Positions 26,190-39,460 of a DNA stretch of 64,000 nt are shown here, in pieces; position 1 is the first letter of the stretch; each line of letters starts with the position of its first letter. The position numbers were made by a program, and so were the translations under genes. The notes under the pieces are model-generated. The model did no database searches. It was not told where the DNA came from and worked only from the letters and a program-made list of their open reading frames with translations. The DNA is taken from the NCBI GenBank assembly GCA_965240325.2, contig OZ251232.1, positions 1,984,001 through 2,048,000 of the forward strand. The letters run 5' to 3'. This stretch comes from Rebecca billardiae RCC1528 (Eukaryota > Protista > Haptophyta).

Positions 26190-28130
26190 GAGAGCCTGCC
26201 GCCCTTGCCGCCACCTTCACAGTCGCAGTCGCTGACACCGAGTTCGCAGGTGCCCTCACCGACGCCCTCGCTGCAGCCCTGATCGCATCCGCCGCCCCGC
26301 TGCCACCGCAAACGTCGTCGCCACCGCCAGCGCAACCGCCCTCGCCCTGGCCGCCTACGCGGCCGCCTCCGAGCCCGTCGCCCGAGCCCGATTCAGGCCG
26401 CGCCGCCCTCGCCACTGCCGCCACCACTGCTGCCCGTGGCGTCGCCAACCTCGTCGCAATCTCTGCTGCTGCCACCCTCGTCGTTCTTGCCACCACCTCC
26501 GTCGCTCTCGCCCTCGTCAGGCCGCACTTTTGCTATGCTACCACCGAGCCCGCCGCAGCAGCTGCCGCGCCGCCGCACCAACACCGCCGCCCAGGCTGCC
26601 GCCCTTCCCGCCGCCTCGGCGACCGCTGGCCGCGGCGACGCTCTCGCCACAACCTCAATGACTGCCGCCCCCGTCGCTGCCACCCTCGCCACCTCGCCAG
26701 CGCCAGCGCCCCCGCCCTCGTCCTCGCAAGCGTTGCCGGGCCTGCCACCGCAGCTGCCGGGCCACAACCACCGTCGCCCAGGCCGCTGCCCTCACCGCCG
26801 CTGCCGCATCCGCTGACTGCACCGCTGCCGCCCTCGCCGCCAATTCAGTCGCCACCCCCATCACCGCCCTAACCACCGCCAGCCTCGCCGCGCTCGCCCT
26901 CGCCAGCGCCGCCTACGACGCTGCCGCCGAGCCCGCCACCCGAGCTGCCGCCGCCGCCGCCGCTGCCGCCGCCGCAGCCTAGGCCGCCGCCCTCGCCGCC
27001 GCCGCCGCGTCCGCGGGCCGTGCCGCCCCCGCCCTCGCCACTGCCTTGGGTGCCACCGCCCTCGCCGCCCTCACTGCCGCCAGCGTTGCCGCGCTCCCCA
27101 GCGCCGCCTATGCAGGCCGGGCCCGCCACCCCAGCTGCCGCCGGAGCAGCAGCTGGCGTCGCCCAGGCCGCCGCCCTCGCCGCCGCCGCCGCGCCCGCTT
27201 GCCGCGCCGCCGACGCAACCCCCACCGCCTCCGTTGCCGCCGCCCTCGCCGCCCTCACCGCCGCCAGCGTTGCCGCGCTCGCCCTCGCCAGCGCCGCCTA
27301 CGCCGCCGCCGCCGAGCCCGCCACCCCAGCTGCAGCCGCCGCCGCCGCCGCTGCCGCAGCCACAACCCAGGCCGCCGCCCTCGCCGCCGCCGCCGCGTCT
27401 GCGGGCCGTGCCGCCGCAGCCCTCGCCACTGCCTCGGGTGCCACCGCCCTCGCCGCCCTCACTGCCGCCCTCACTGCCGCCAGCGTTGCCGCGCTCCCCA
27501 GCGCCGCCTATGCAGGCTGGGCCCGCCACCCCAGCTGCCGCCGGAGCAGCAGCTGGCGTCGCCCAGGCCGCCGCCCTCGCCGCCGCCGCCGCGCCCGCTT
27601 GCCGCGCCGCCGACGCCACCGCCACCGCCTCCGTTGCCGCCGCCCTCGCCGCCCTCACCGCCGCCAGCGTTGCCGCGCTCGCCCTCGCCCGCGCCGCCTA
27701 CGCCGCCGCCGCCGAGCCCGCCACCCCAGCTGCAGCCGCCGGCGCCATCGCCGCCCAGGCCGCTGCCCTCGTCACCGTCGCCGCCCCCGCCTCCACTGCC
27801 CTTGGGTGGCGCCGCCGCCCTCGTCGCAGTCTCAGTTGGTGCCGCCCTCACCGCACTCGCTACCGCCTCCTTCGCTCTCGCCCTTGTCAGCGCCACCCTC
27901 TCGCTGCCGCCGAGCCTGCCGCCGCAGCTGCCGCCACCGCCGCCACCGCCGCCCGGGCCGCCACCCTCGCAGCCGCCGCCGCGTCCTCTGGCCGCGTTGC
28001 CGCCGCCCTCGAAGCCGCATCCGTCACCGTCACTCTCGCTGCCATCACCGCCGCCAGCACTGCCGCCCTCGCCGCTGCCCTAGCTGCCGCCCTCGCCGCG
28101 TACACCGCTGCCTCCGTCACCTCCGCCCTC
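26190..28130 (+). pseudogene. Degenerate Pro/Ser-rich (extensin-like PPSPPP) low-complexity tract with ~184-216-bp internal repeats
   Basis: ccgccgccctcgccg runs translate as PPPSPPP but switch frame repeatedly. gccagcgttgccgcgctc recurs at ~27079, 27263, 27479, 27663. Confidence 0.5.
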
Positions 28131-28394
28131 TTTGTCGTCGCTGCCGGTCCCGGCTTCCTGTCTGCCACAGCCTGGTGTGGTGTGCACGCCGCGTGCTTCC
28201 AGCTCTCGCAGATGTGGATGGCAGTCACAATTGGGCCTACCGTACGATGCCTGCAAACGCACCCCTGAGCCAGGTGCCGCGTCGAGAAGGGCGTGGCAGC
28301 CACGCCACCCCACAGGCGGGCCGCCATCGTGGCCGCCATCGTGGCCACCGGTCGCCAGCTGGGCGTCCGGACTTGCTACTTAGAAGATATGGCC

Positions 28395-28472
28395 CAATAA
28401 GGGAAGTGACCTCTGGGGCCTCACTTTCGTGCGCACAGTGGAAGTGACCCCACAGCGGTCACTTCCCTATTG
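28395..28472. repeat. 78-bp palindromic mini-element
   Basis: CAATAAGGGAAGTGACC ... GGTCACTTCCCTATTG arms, with an inner TCACTTT / GAAGTGA pair. Confidence 0.7.
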
Positions 28473-28494
28473 CGTCCTGCGCCCAACTGGGCTG

Positions 28495-30469
28495 TCTGAG
28501 GATAGCGCACCAGCAAAATCCCTTGACCGTCATCCGGATTTCACGGAGGCCGCGTTCGGAGGCTGAAACGCGCCATGGCGCGGCCCATCCTCGCACGACC
28601 GCTCTCGCGAGATCGCGACCGTGCGACCTGCGCCGCGGCGCTCGACGCGCTCTTTCTGCTCGGAGGCCGCGAGGGCCCCCAGGTGCGCCAGATCGCGAGC
28701 GCGCACCTTCCTCCTCGCCGCGCTCGCCGAGCACGAGCCGATCTGCAGCAGATGTGCAAGGAGCCGCATTGGCCGTGCTCGCGCGCGCGCGGCACGGGCG
28801 ACACAAAATATTTGTATCGGGACCTTTGCACGCATTCCATTCTTTGATGGTGGTACCCTTGAGCCCCGGACTAGGTCCCGATAAACGCTTTCGCTCTTCG
28901 CCGCTGCGCGCGCGCGCAAAGGAGCACTGCAAAGGCAGTGCACAGGCAGATGCAGTGAGCATTTCTGCTCCTGGGCGGCCTCCATGACCTCGAGCGTGGT
29001 GACGAGCGCGTCGGTGACCACCACGTGGTCCACCTTGGTGGCGCCGGACAGTCCGGCCGACCCTCGCCGGACTCCACCCTTGCCGCGCGCTGACTGTTTG
29101 CCGGTCGTGCAGCTGCGCCGCCAACCGCTCGGCGCGAGCGGCGAGCGGCCACATGGTGACACAAGATGGTCGAAGACGTGGCAGCGCGGTGGTGCGTGCG
29201 ATTGGGGGACCCCATCTGAGCTACGACACGGGCGCGCGCGCTCGTCCGTGCTCATCACGGTGGCGGACGCGCGCGCCGCGCGCTCGTCGGCTGTGCAACG
29301 ATGACCGTTAGGCAGCTTTTGGGTGTCTGCTGCGGCCACAGCTCGCCGGCACGGGCCCTATGGTGGCAGCGAGTGGTACGCGGCGTTGTACTAGGTCCGT
29401 GCGCGCCACGCACGACGCTCGGCAGGCTCGCCCTCGGACCATTGGCTGAGCCCTACTCGCCGCGCGCGCCGCGCGCAGCAGCCGCTCGGCAGCTGCTTCG
29501 GGCGCGAAGCGCGCCCCGCGCGCTGCACGTGGGCGCGACGAGGTGGTGCAGCGAGCATGCGCGAGAGTGTGCGCGTGATGGGCACCACCATCACGATACT
29601 TGCCATGCACATCTGCCTCTCGCCACGCCTTCGACACGATAGCTGCGACTGCTGCTCGGAGGTGCGCTCGAGCGCTCGCGCGCGTTTGAATCTGGGCTCG
29701 GCGGTGATCGCGTGGACGAGGGGCAGCGCGGTGCACGGTGGCGGAGCGCGTGCGGAGCGCAGCCTCCACCTCATGCACGCTCCATCCAGACACATCGCGC
29801 ATGCTCGCGCGGCCTCCTCGGTCCATCACGTGCGCGTGCGCGCGCGAGCAGGTGTGCATTCGCCGGGCGCGTTCACGGCGCGCCGCGTTGGCGCGCGCGC
29901 ACCGATACCCGTGCGCAGCTCGACGAGCGAGCGCGGTGTGTTTCGACGCGTATGGGGAGGCTCGAATTTACGCGCGCGCACGCGCCGGCCCTCGCCGCCC
30001 CTTCGCTCGCCCACGCCTCATCTGTGCGCTTGGCGTTTGCAGGCAGCTGCTCATCCTTTCCAACACTTGCACAAACGAGCAGATGGGTCTGCGCGAGGTC
30101 GATTGGTGCGTCAGATATTCGGCAACGACCAGCCCCGCTCGTGTGCCGCCGCTCGTGCTACTCTTGACGACCACCTCTGGCTCGGTCGCGCGCACGAGGC
30201 TGCTCGCGGCCCCAATCGTGCCGTGTACCGTCAAGCTGTACCGTGCGCAGCGAGGCGCACTCAGGCGTCGGCATGGGCTCGCATGCGAGGGCCCAACAGT
30301 GCGACGCGTCGATGGAGCATGCTCCGGATACGCTTCGGCGCACTTCCCGACGCGCACGAGCCGCTCGAAGGCGCGGAAGGGCGTCCAAAGGGGGCATCCG
30401 CCATTTTGCGCCACTTCGGCCCGGATGACGGTCAAGGGATTTAGCTGGTGCGCTATCCTCAGAAAAGTT
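28495..30469. mobile_element. ~1.97-kb non-autonomous TIR element, copy A (left terminus missing ~6 nt)
   Basis: TCTGAGGATAGCGCACCAGCAAAATCCCTTGACCGTCATCCGG ... CCGGATGACGGTCAAGGGATTTAGCTGGTGCGCTATCCTCAGAAAAGTT, followed by TAA. Colinear with 30938-32895. Confidence 0.88.
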
Positions 30470-30488
30470 TAATCATATATATGATTAA

Positions 30489-30823
30489 ACAGCTTGCTGA
30501 CTCTGACGCCTGCCCGTTGCATACCACGTCGTTAATATATTTAACGACGTGGCAGCATCGGACAAGCGTCAGGCTCAGAGTGCAACAGACACATAGAATG
30601 CGTCCGCGCCTTCCGTCCAGGTCAGACAGTGCGCCACCCGCAGCCCTGCCCCCCTACGGGAGCGGGGCCGGGATGGAGCACCGCCTCGGCCTGGGGCACG
30701 CGGCGGCGACGGCAGATGCCGCCGCGGCCGAGCGCCTTCCGGAGCACTTGGATGAGGGTGAGGTCGTTAATATATATTAACGACGTGGTATGCAACGGGC
30801 AGGCGTCAGAGTCAGCAAGCTGT
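30489..30823. repeat. Cluster of TTAACGACGTGG-type element ends around (TA)n spacers; 52-bp perfect inverted repeat 30489-30540 / 30772-30823
   Basis: acagcttgctgactctgacgcctgcccgttgcataccacgtcgttaatatat and its exact reverse complement. A further end lies at 33066-33092. Confidence 0.85.
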
Positions 30824-30937
30824 AGCAGCAGATCGAGCAGCAGAGACAAACACCAGGATCAGCGCTCCTCGCCGTCGTCCCCCCCCTCATAGTCGCCCAT
30901 CACTCCATCGCCGAGCGGAAGCTCGACGCACCGATTA

Positions 30938-33211
<2,274 letters not shown>

Positions 33212-33579
33212 TCAAAGGAATTATCCCGCTCTACCATGCACACACTGGTGAGCCTTGATTAATTGCACTCCTTCGTAGCTGATGAACTTATTCATGAAGC
33301 AGCTCATTCATTATTGGAACATTATCTACTAATTCCTGAACCACCAATGTGGAGATCAACACCACACTGGATGAAGTGTTCAATTCTTAATTTGTCTTCG
33401 ACACTATTCAGTTTGGCTCGTATGCATAACACAATCACAGTGAACAAAAACGGGATTATCGTCACCGTAACCTGTCCGATGCGAGCCGATTTTCGGGGAA
33501 TTTCTCGCGCGGGCCGCACGAGCGCACAGAAGACGCTACGGTGGTCGCGCAGGCGCCTGGCGAGTGCCCAGGGCATGGG

Positions 33580-36500
33580 ACTGCAACACCCCACCCAGCC
33601 GTTGCCGATCTGGACGCCGTCGCGCGCGTAGCCCGCGTGCCAGCCGATGATGCCGCGCGACTTGAGCTTGTAGCCGCCGGGGCCGACAGCGGAGTGGTCG
33701 TACACGATCGCCTTGCAGCCAAAGGGGCGGAGGTGCGCGATGTCGGGCTTGTAGCCGTAGAACTTCTCGATGGGCGTCTTGCCGTCGCGCTTGGCGAGGT
33801 GGTTGCGGTGGTACGCCGCCACGAGCATCGCCTCCGGCCAGTACTTGTGCGCGACGCCCGACTGCAGGAGCATCGCGCGCGCGTCCGCAACGAGTGTGCC
33901 CCACTTGCGCTCGGCGATCGGGTTCTGCTGCGGCGTGTGCGGCGCCGAGGTGACGTTGATGAGGATGCCGAACTCGTCGAGCACGTCCTGCCACTCCTGG
34001 GAGTTGAGCTCGCCGGCTCCGTCCGGATGGAAATGCCCGTCCGCCATCGAGGTGCCGAGCGAGATCGAGAGCAGCGACATCGCTCCAACATCACGAATGT
34101 ACTACCGGAGCAGCTGAGGCGCGAGGTCGCGCGTGCGGCACGTGTAGATGCGCGTGTAGTCCGAGTGGTCGTCGATGAAGCTGAGCGCGTAGATGTCCGC
34201 CAGCGGCGTGCCGTCGGCCGTGTGCGGCACGCCCTTGCGGTACGGGCCGAAGAAGTCGACGTGCACGATCTCGAGCCGCCGCGTCGCGCGCGCCATCTTG
34301 CCCGGGAATGGGAGCAACTTGATCTTGGAGACCGCGCAGATGTCGCAGTCGATCGCGTCGGGCTTCGAGGCGCCCATGCCGGTGGCGGCGTGCTTCGTGC
34401 GCAAGATCGCCTCCATGTTGGCGTGCCCGAAGCGGCGATGCCAGGTGTCGCGCCACGCGTCCGTCAGCTTGCCGCCGTCGCGCGAGTCGGCGCCGCGCCC
34501 GCGGTCGGGATCAGCTCGCGCGCCGTCCGAGTTGAGGTTTGAGTCGTCGAGGGCGCCGGGCTGCGAGTCCGCGGCGTCGGTCTGGCCGTTTAAAGCAGCA
34601 GCGCGAGCGTCGCAGTCGCCGACGCCGTCGTCGCCGGAGCGCGTCGCCGTCTCATCGGCGAGGGAATTGGCGCCCCCCGAGCGGTGGTTGGCCTCCTTGA
34701 TGATGGAGTGCGACAGTCTGGTGCCGCCATCAGAGCGAGATGAGGAATCAGAAAGTGAGATGGCAGAAGCTTCCGGCCCAGAAAGTGAGCACAAAGTTGA
34801 TAAGGACGATGGAGGCCGAGAGACCGAGAGGGCGAGGAGGTTGAGCCGATGGGGCTGGGCGCGCCACGGCACGCGGTACGGGAAATCGACGGTGAGCTTG
34901 TAGTCCTCGTTGAAGTGGATGCAGCCGACGTCGTCGACAAAGCTGATGGGGACGCCGGCGCGAGCGAGAGCGTGCACACTCAGGAGTGGATCGCTGAGTG
35001 CCGGTACGAGGAGTACATCGTGAAGGTTGGCGTCGAACGGCTTGCCGCCGTCGTCGAGCATGTAGGCCTTGATGGTGCCGCGGGCGACGGCGAACATGTA
35101 CTCGTCGTCGGCCACCTTGACCGAGAGGGGCTTGTCCTCCGGGAAGTAGCGCAGGTTGAACATGAGCGACGAGTCGCCGATCATGACGTCCGAGGCGCCC
35201 GAATCGAGGAAGAAGTGGAGGTCAAGGTCCGAGGTCGGGTCCTTCGCCTCGGCGCGTGAGGCCGTCGTGGCGTGCGCGGTTGCCGCTGAAGCCGCGGCGT
35301 CGGGCGGCGTGCCGCCGTACTCCGAGGACTTGATGGTCGTCTCGGAGCCCTTCAGGTTGGACGCGCCGCCGGCCGTCTCGGTCGCGACCTTGCCCTTGGC
35401 GTCGGCCGAATGGACGAGAACATGAAGCGGCGGGATGGGCGCGCGCAGGAGGTACGACTTCTTGTTCGCCTTGACGGTGCGGTGCATCTCGGAGTGCACG
35501 AAGGCCAGCTGCTCGTGCGCGGACGCGACGGTGCCGATCGTCTCGATCATCGGGTGCGAGCCGTCGAGAAACTTCGCGTGCAGCTTGACCGCGGACTGAA
35601 TCTCCTCGACCGTCCGGTCGTCGTCGGGTAGAGTGCTCTTGCCGTCCTCGATGGCGATGCCGCGGCTGAGGCGGAAAAAGTCGCACATGAGGCCGTGGTT
35701 GCCGAAGTGGTCGGCGTCGCGGCAGGCAAAGGAGCAGTACACGGCCGCGTTGCACCCGCCGCACATGTAGTTGCCGGTGTCGTGGCAGCCCTCGCGCTGG
35801 CAGTAGTAGTGCGGGCGCGGGCCCTTGGCCACATAGGGCTCCGGCATCAGCGCGGTCGGCCGCGGCGTGATCTCCGAGCAGATGATGTCGGCCTCGGAGA
35901 GCGGGTTGGCGCTGGAGTTGGCGTAGTACACGCCGGGCGGGCTGGTCTCCGCCGTGGTGAAGTCGGGCTCCTCCTCCGAGACGATGGCCATGCGCGCGCC
36001 GCTTGCCGATCTGGGCACGCCGCGCGTCGACTTGGCCTTGAGATCGAAGGTCACGGCCTGCGTCTCGGCGGCGCGCGGCTCCTTGTGGATCGCCTTGTCC
36101 GAGTGCTGGCGGGGGTGGGGGCGCTCGCGCTGCGGGCACTGGTGGCGCCAATGGCCGTGCTCGCCGCAGGTGGGGCACGGACTCGACGGGACGGCGGGGC
36201 GCTCGCCGCCGCCGCGGTGAGGGCGCGCCGCGCCGCGCGGCGGCGGGTTGGGGCGGTGCTGCTGCCCGCCGGTCGGGCGCGCGGGCGCGCGCGCCGCCAT
36301 GGCCGCGCTGGCCGGCCTGGCGAGGTTCGCCGAGGCGGCCGCCGACTTGATCGAGGTTACGTACTTCTCGAATGACTCCGACTCGATCGAGCCGGCCTCG
36401 GTGAGCGCGACGAGCTGCGGGTAGCGCAGCTGAGTGAGATGAAGCGCGAGCACGAGCTTCAGAATGTCGTCGCTCATGTCGAGGTGAATGAACGCGTTGA

Positions 36501-37377
36501 AGGTCTGCTCGAAGTTGGCGATCCAGTCGTCGACGTTGGCGTGCGTGCTGAGCGGCTTGAGCGAGAGGAGCTCGGTCAGCTTGAGCCGCCCGGTCGTCAA
36601 TGGCGAGCGCCGCAAGTTGACGACGAGGTAGTTGTGGACGTCCGCGAAGGTCGGGCGGAATGAGGTCGTCGCATGAACGGAGTCAATGAGCGACGCGGAC
36701 ATCGACTCGGCGAAGAGGGTCTTCATGAGAATGGCCGAGACGTTGATGAAGACGTACCCGTGATGGGCCTTGAGGCGGAGCGATACCGCCTTGACGCGCA
36801 GCTCGAGCTGCTGGAGCTCGTCCTCCACATCGCCTGCGATGGAGGGGCTGGAAGAGGGGGCGCGACTGGCTGTGAGTTCGCGCGGGCGCGCGGACGCGCC
36901 GTCGTCATGCTCCTCCTCCGAGTCGTCATCGGAGGTAGAGAGCGGGGAGTACGCGTGCGGAGTGATCGGTTCCGGGGCGTACATCTTGGGCGTGCCGATG
37001 GCGGACACGCCGTCTCCGAAGCTCATGCCGCGGCGCGCGCGCGGGCCGAGAGGCGTCACGAGCGTCGCCTGCTCAGCAAGCTCGGTCTCGACGTGGAGCT
37101 GGGCGATGCGGTCGAGAGACTCGTCCTGAGTGAGCGCGCGGGAGAGCGGGTCCTTGGGGTCCTCAAACAGCAAAGCTTCGACGGAAGCCCCCTTGAGCTT
37201 GAGGATCGACTTGAGCGCGCGCGAGTCCGACTGCACTTGTGCAATCGCGTGCCCGAGCTCCCTTTTGACTGCGCGCGCGGTCAAATCCGAGTGGGAGCTC
37301 AGGGTCTTCTTCTTGGGATCCTTCTGGTGCCTTGCGGAGGCCATGCCGTAAGCAATCGAGTCGCTCGCCGATACCAT
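33580..37377 (-). pseudogene. Copia gag-pol polyprotein (Gag, CCHC knuckle 36136-36177, MYND-type finger 35683-35802, aspartic protease ~35190-35217, integrase) with one in-frame TAG at 34102-34104
   Basis: ORFs 34102..37377 and 33322..34080 are in the same frame, separated by ...QLLR*YIRDVG. Copia similarity fades after GYARDG (~33610). Confidence 0.92.
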
Positions 37378-37588
37378 GAGAGACTTAGGAGACTCGAAAC
37401 GAAGCAGGTGGCTCGCTGCAGCTGGCAGTGTCGACCAGCCCCCGCAAGGTACTGAAGGATACTCCTGTCTGAGCAGGCAAGCTGGCTCTGGCGGCCGGGG
37501 CTCGCCCCGAACTGGTTTGGGGTCGAGACCAACACGTCAAGTGGAAGCGCTGCTCCATAGGTATCTCCCACCTTTCAGGCTGGGGACC

Positions 37589-37779
37589 TGTGGAACACAT
37601 ACGGAAGCGGTAATTAGCAATTACCAATGATGGAGGTAAATAGAGCAGGTCATTGACGATGCAGTAATCAATAACTGCACGTAGATCACTTGAGCTGCAC
37701 CTCGAGCAGAGTAGCGATTGGCTCCTCGTAGCTCTCCGGTGCCATGCGGGTACATCTGGCGAGCCCAGATTGCCCGACA
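37589..37779 (-). repeat. Candidate 5' LTR (191 bp, TGTCG...CCACA)
   Basis: On the minus strand it starts TGT and ends ACA, is more AT-rich than its flanks, lies ~210 bp upstream of gag, and the LINE reading frame looks protein-like only up to its edge. There is no second copy to confirm it. Confidence 0.4.
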
Positions 37780-39460
37780 GTGAGTACCTTTCCGGTGCAT
37801 CTCACGGGTGAGCTTGGCATAGCGTTCCTTGATTCGGGCGGTCTCAAATCTGTGCTGGACACGCTCGAAGGCCATGAGGCAAGTTGTACATATCTGCTGA
37901 GGTCGGCGAGCCACACGGCTATCTCGCGCTGGCTCAGCTGCCACAGCGCGTACAGGGTGGGGACACTTGCCTGGCGGGGCGGGGCGGTGCCCCCACCCGG
38001 CAGGGGCACCCCCATGTTTCGCTGTGCCATGGGATGAGCGGCGCACGCTCCCCATATGTGCTCGTGGGCACGGACTGCCCTCCTGCTGTTTGGCATGGCC
38101 AGAGAGCGGATCATCTTCCCCCTCTGTGCTGCTGTGGTGAGGCCTTCGAGGCACTCTGTGCGCCTGTGGGCCCTGAGCAGCTGCAGGATGCGAGTGAGTA
38201 GTGACGGTGGCCACCATTCCCCTATACACTCTGTGCATGGTCAGGTGGGACTGTGCCCTGGGGTCCACCGCCCGGTTCTGGGGCCTGCCCACTGGGCGCA
38301 GCGGCTCTTTGGGGGCCTGTGCTGGGTCAGCAACCCCCACTCCGTCCACAGCGAGGCTGGTAAGTTCTGCCAGCGTGTCGGGGAGGGCCTCCTCTGCCGC
38401 TGTGCGTGCTGCAGCGTCCATGTGCTCGTGGAAGTCAATGAGGTTGTTGTCATTGTACAGCGGGTGCATGGTGCCACTGTCATCGGCTATTCTGGCCAGG
38501 GTTTGAGCAGCGGGGCCGCTGAGGGCCTGTACCACCTTGGCCAGATGCTGTGGGTCCGATGCGCTGAAGTAGAACCGGTGGGGCTGCCAACGCACGTGCA
38601 CTTTCGGCCGTCGTATGTGGCCTAGCTTGTTGACAGGTATGTCTGTGATCATGAAGAAATGGGTGCTCCGGCCCTCGCCGGTGGTCTGGAGAGGGAGTCA
38701 GAGCGCCGCAGCAGGGTCACTGTGCCTGACGTGGCAGGCCAGGTCAGCTCTGTTCGGGAGCATGTACGAGATGCGCGAGGCGGTATTGCCACACACGTGG
38801 GTGTACTCAGTAGCAGGGTCAAAGGTGCCTGGCGGCTTCATGTTGTGCATGCCAGTCAATGACTCCATCAGATTCCGGAACGCACACTGCGACTTGTTTT
38901 GATGCCTCCTACAAGGGTCCAGGGCCACAGCCTCCCCCTGTTCCCAGACGGCGTTTGCATCGCCTGCTGCCATCCGCAGGGCATCTGTGCGCCCAGTGAC
39001 CATGTCCGAGTGCATTTCCAGGGTGTGGTGCAGGGCAGGGAGCACACTGCACAGCGCTGCGCATGGCTGGGTTGCATGGGATGTAGAAGCATGTGAGTTG
39101 GATGTGGTAGACATCCCCTGCTGCTGTGGCGAATATCAGGGTGCCCATCAGGAGGTGGCCTGCCACTGACTTGTGCATGGCACCCCCCTGCACTCTGATG
39201 TCCAGCTCGGCCATGGGCCTTGCAGGGTCCCTGCGGACAGCAATGGCTACCCCTTTGCCCGAGCTCTTATGGTGAGCAGGGAGGGGGTCGTGGTACGTGG
39301 TGTACCCCTGTAGAATGTCCGGTGTGGCCAGGGCTGGCCGCAGGTTTGTCTCCTGTAGCATTACTATGTCCCACTGGTGGTCGTCCAGCAGGGTCTGGAG
39401 CATGGCCCTCCTGGATAGCTTGGCAATGCCCCCCACGTTGACGGACGCAATGGAGAGGCA
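37780..39460 (-). pseudogene. Non-LTR retrotransposon (LINE) ORF2 N-terminus: APE endonuclease plus linker, frameshifted; RT absent
   Basis: APE motifs in order across frames: SIASVNVGG, DIVMLQET, GKGVAIAV, CFYIP, AAGDANA (GDFNA), YTH...SRISYML (SRIDY), STH (SDH). Confidence 0.88.

Larger units (their letters stand above)
19044..28378. mobile_element. 9.3-kb segment bounded by ~52-bp terminal inverted repeats; putative non-autonomous DNA transposon with no recognisable transposase
   Basis: 19044 TAGCAAAGTCCGGACGCCCAGCTGGCGACCGGTGGCCACGATGGCGGCCACG is the reverse complement (1-nt indel) of 28328-28378. Both outer ends are TA. Confidence 0.7.
33580..37779 (-). mobile_element. Ty1/Copia LTR retrotransposon, 3'-truncated after integrase (no RT/RNaseH, no 3' LTR)
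   Basis: Domain order is Gag CCHC knuckle, protease FFLDSGASDVM, GAG-pre-integrase WHRRFGH..CDIC, then integrase core (VHVDFFGP / DGAGE / TPQQNPIAER / WPEAM / LRPFGC). Integrase directly after protease is diagnostic of Copia. Confidence 0.95.
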
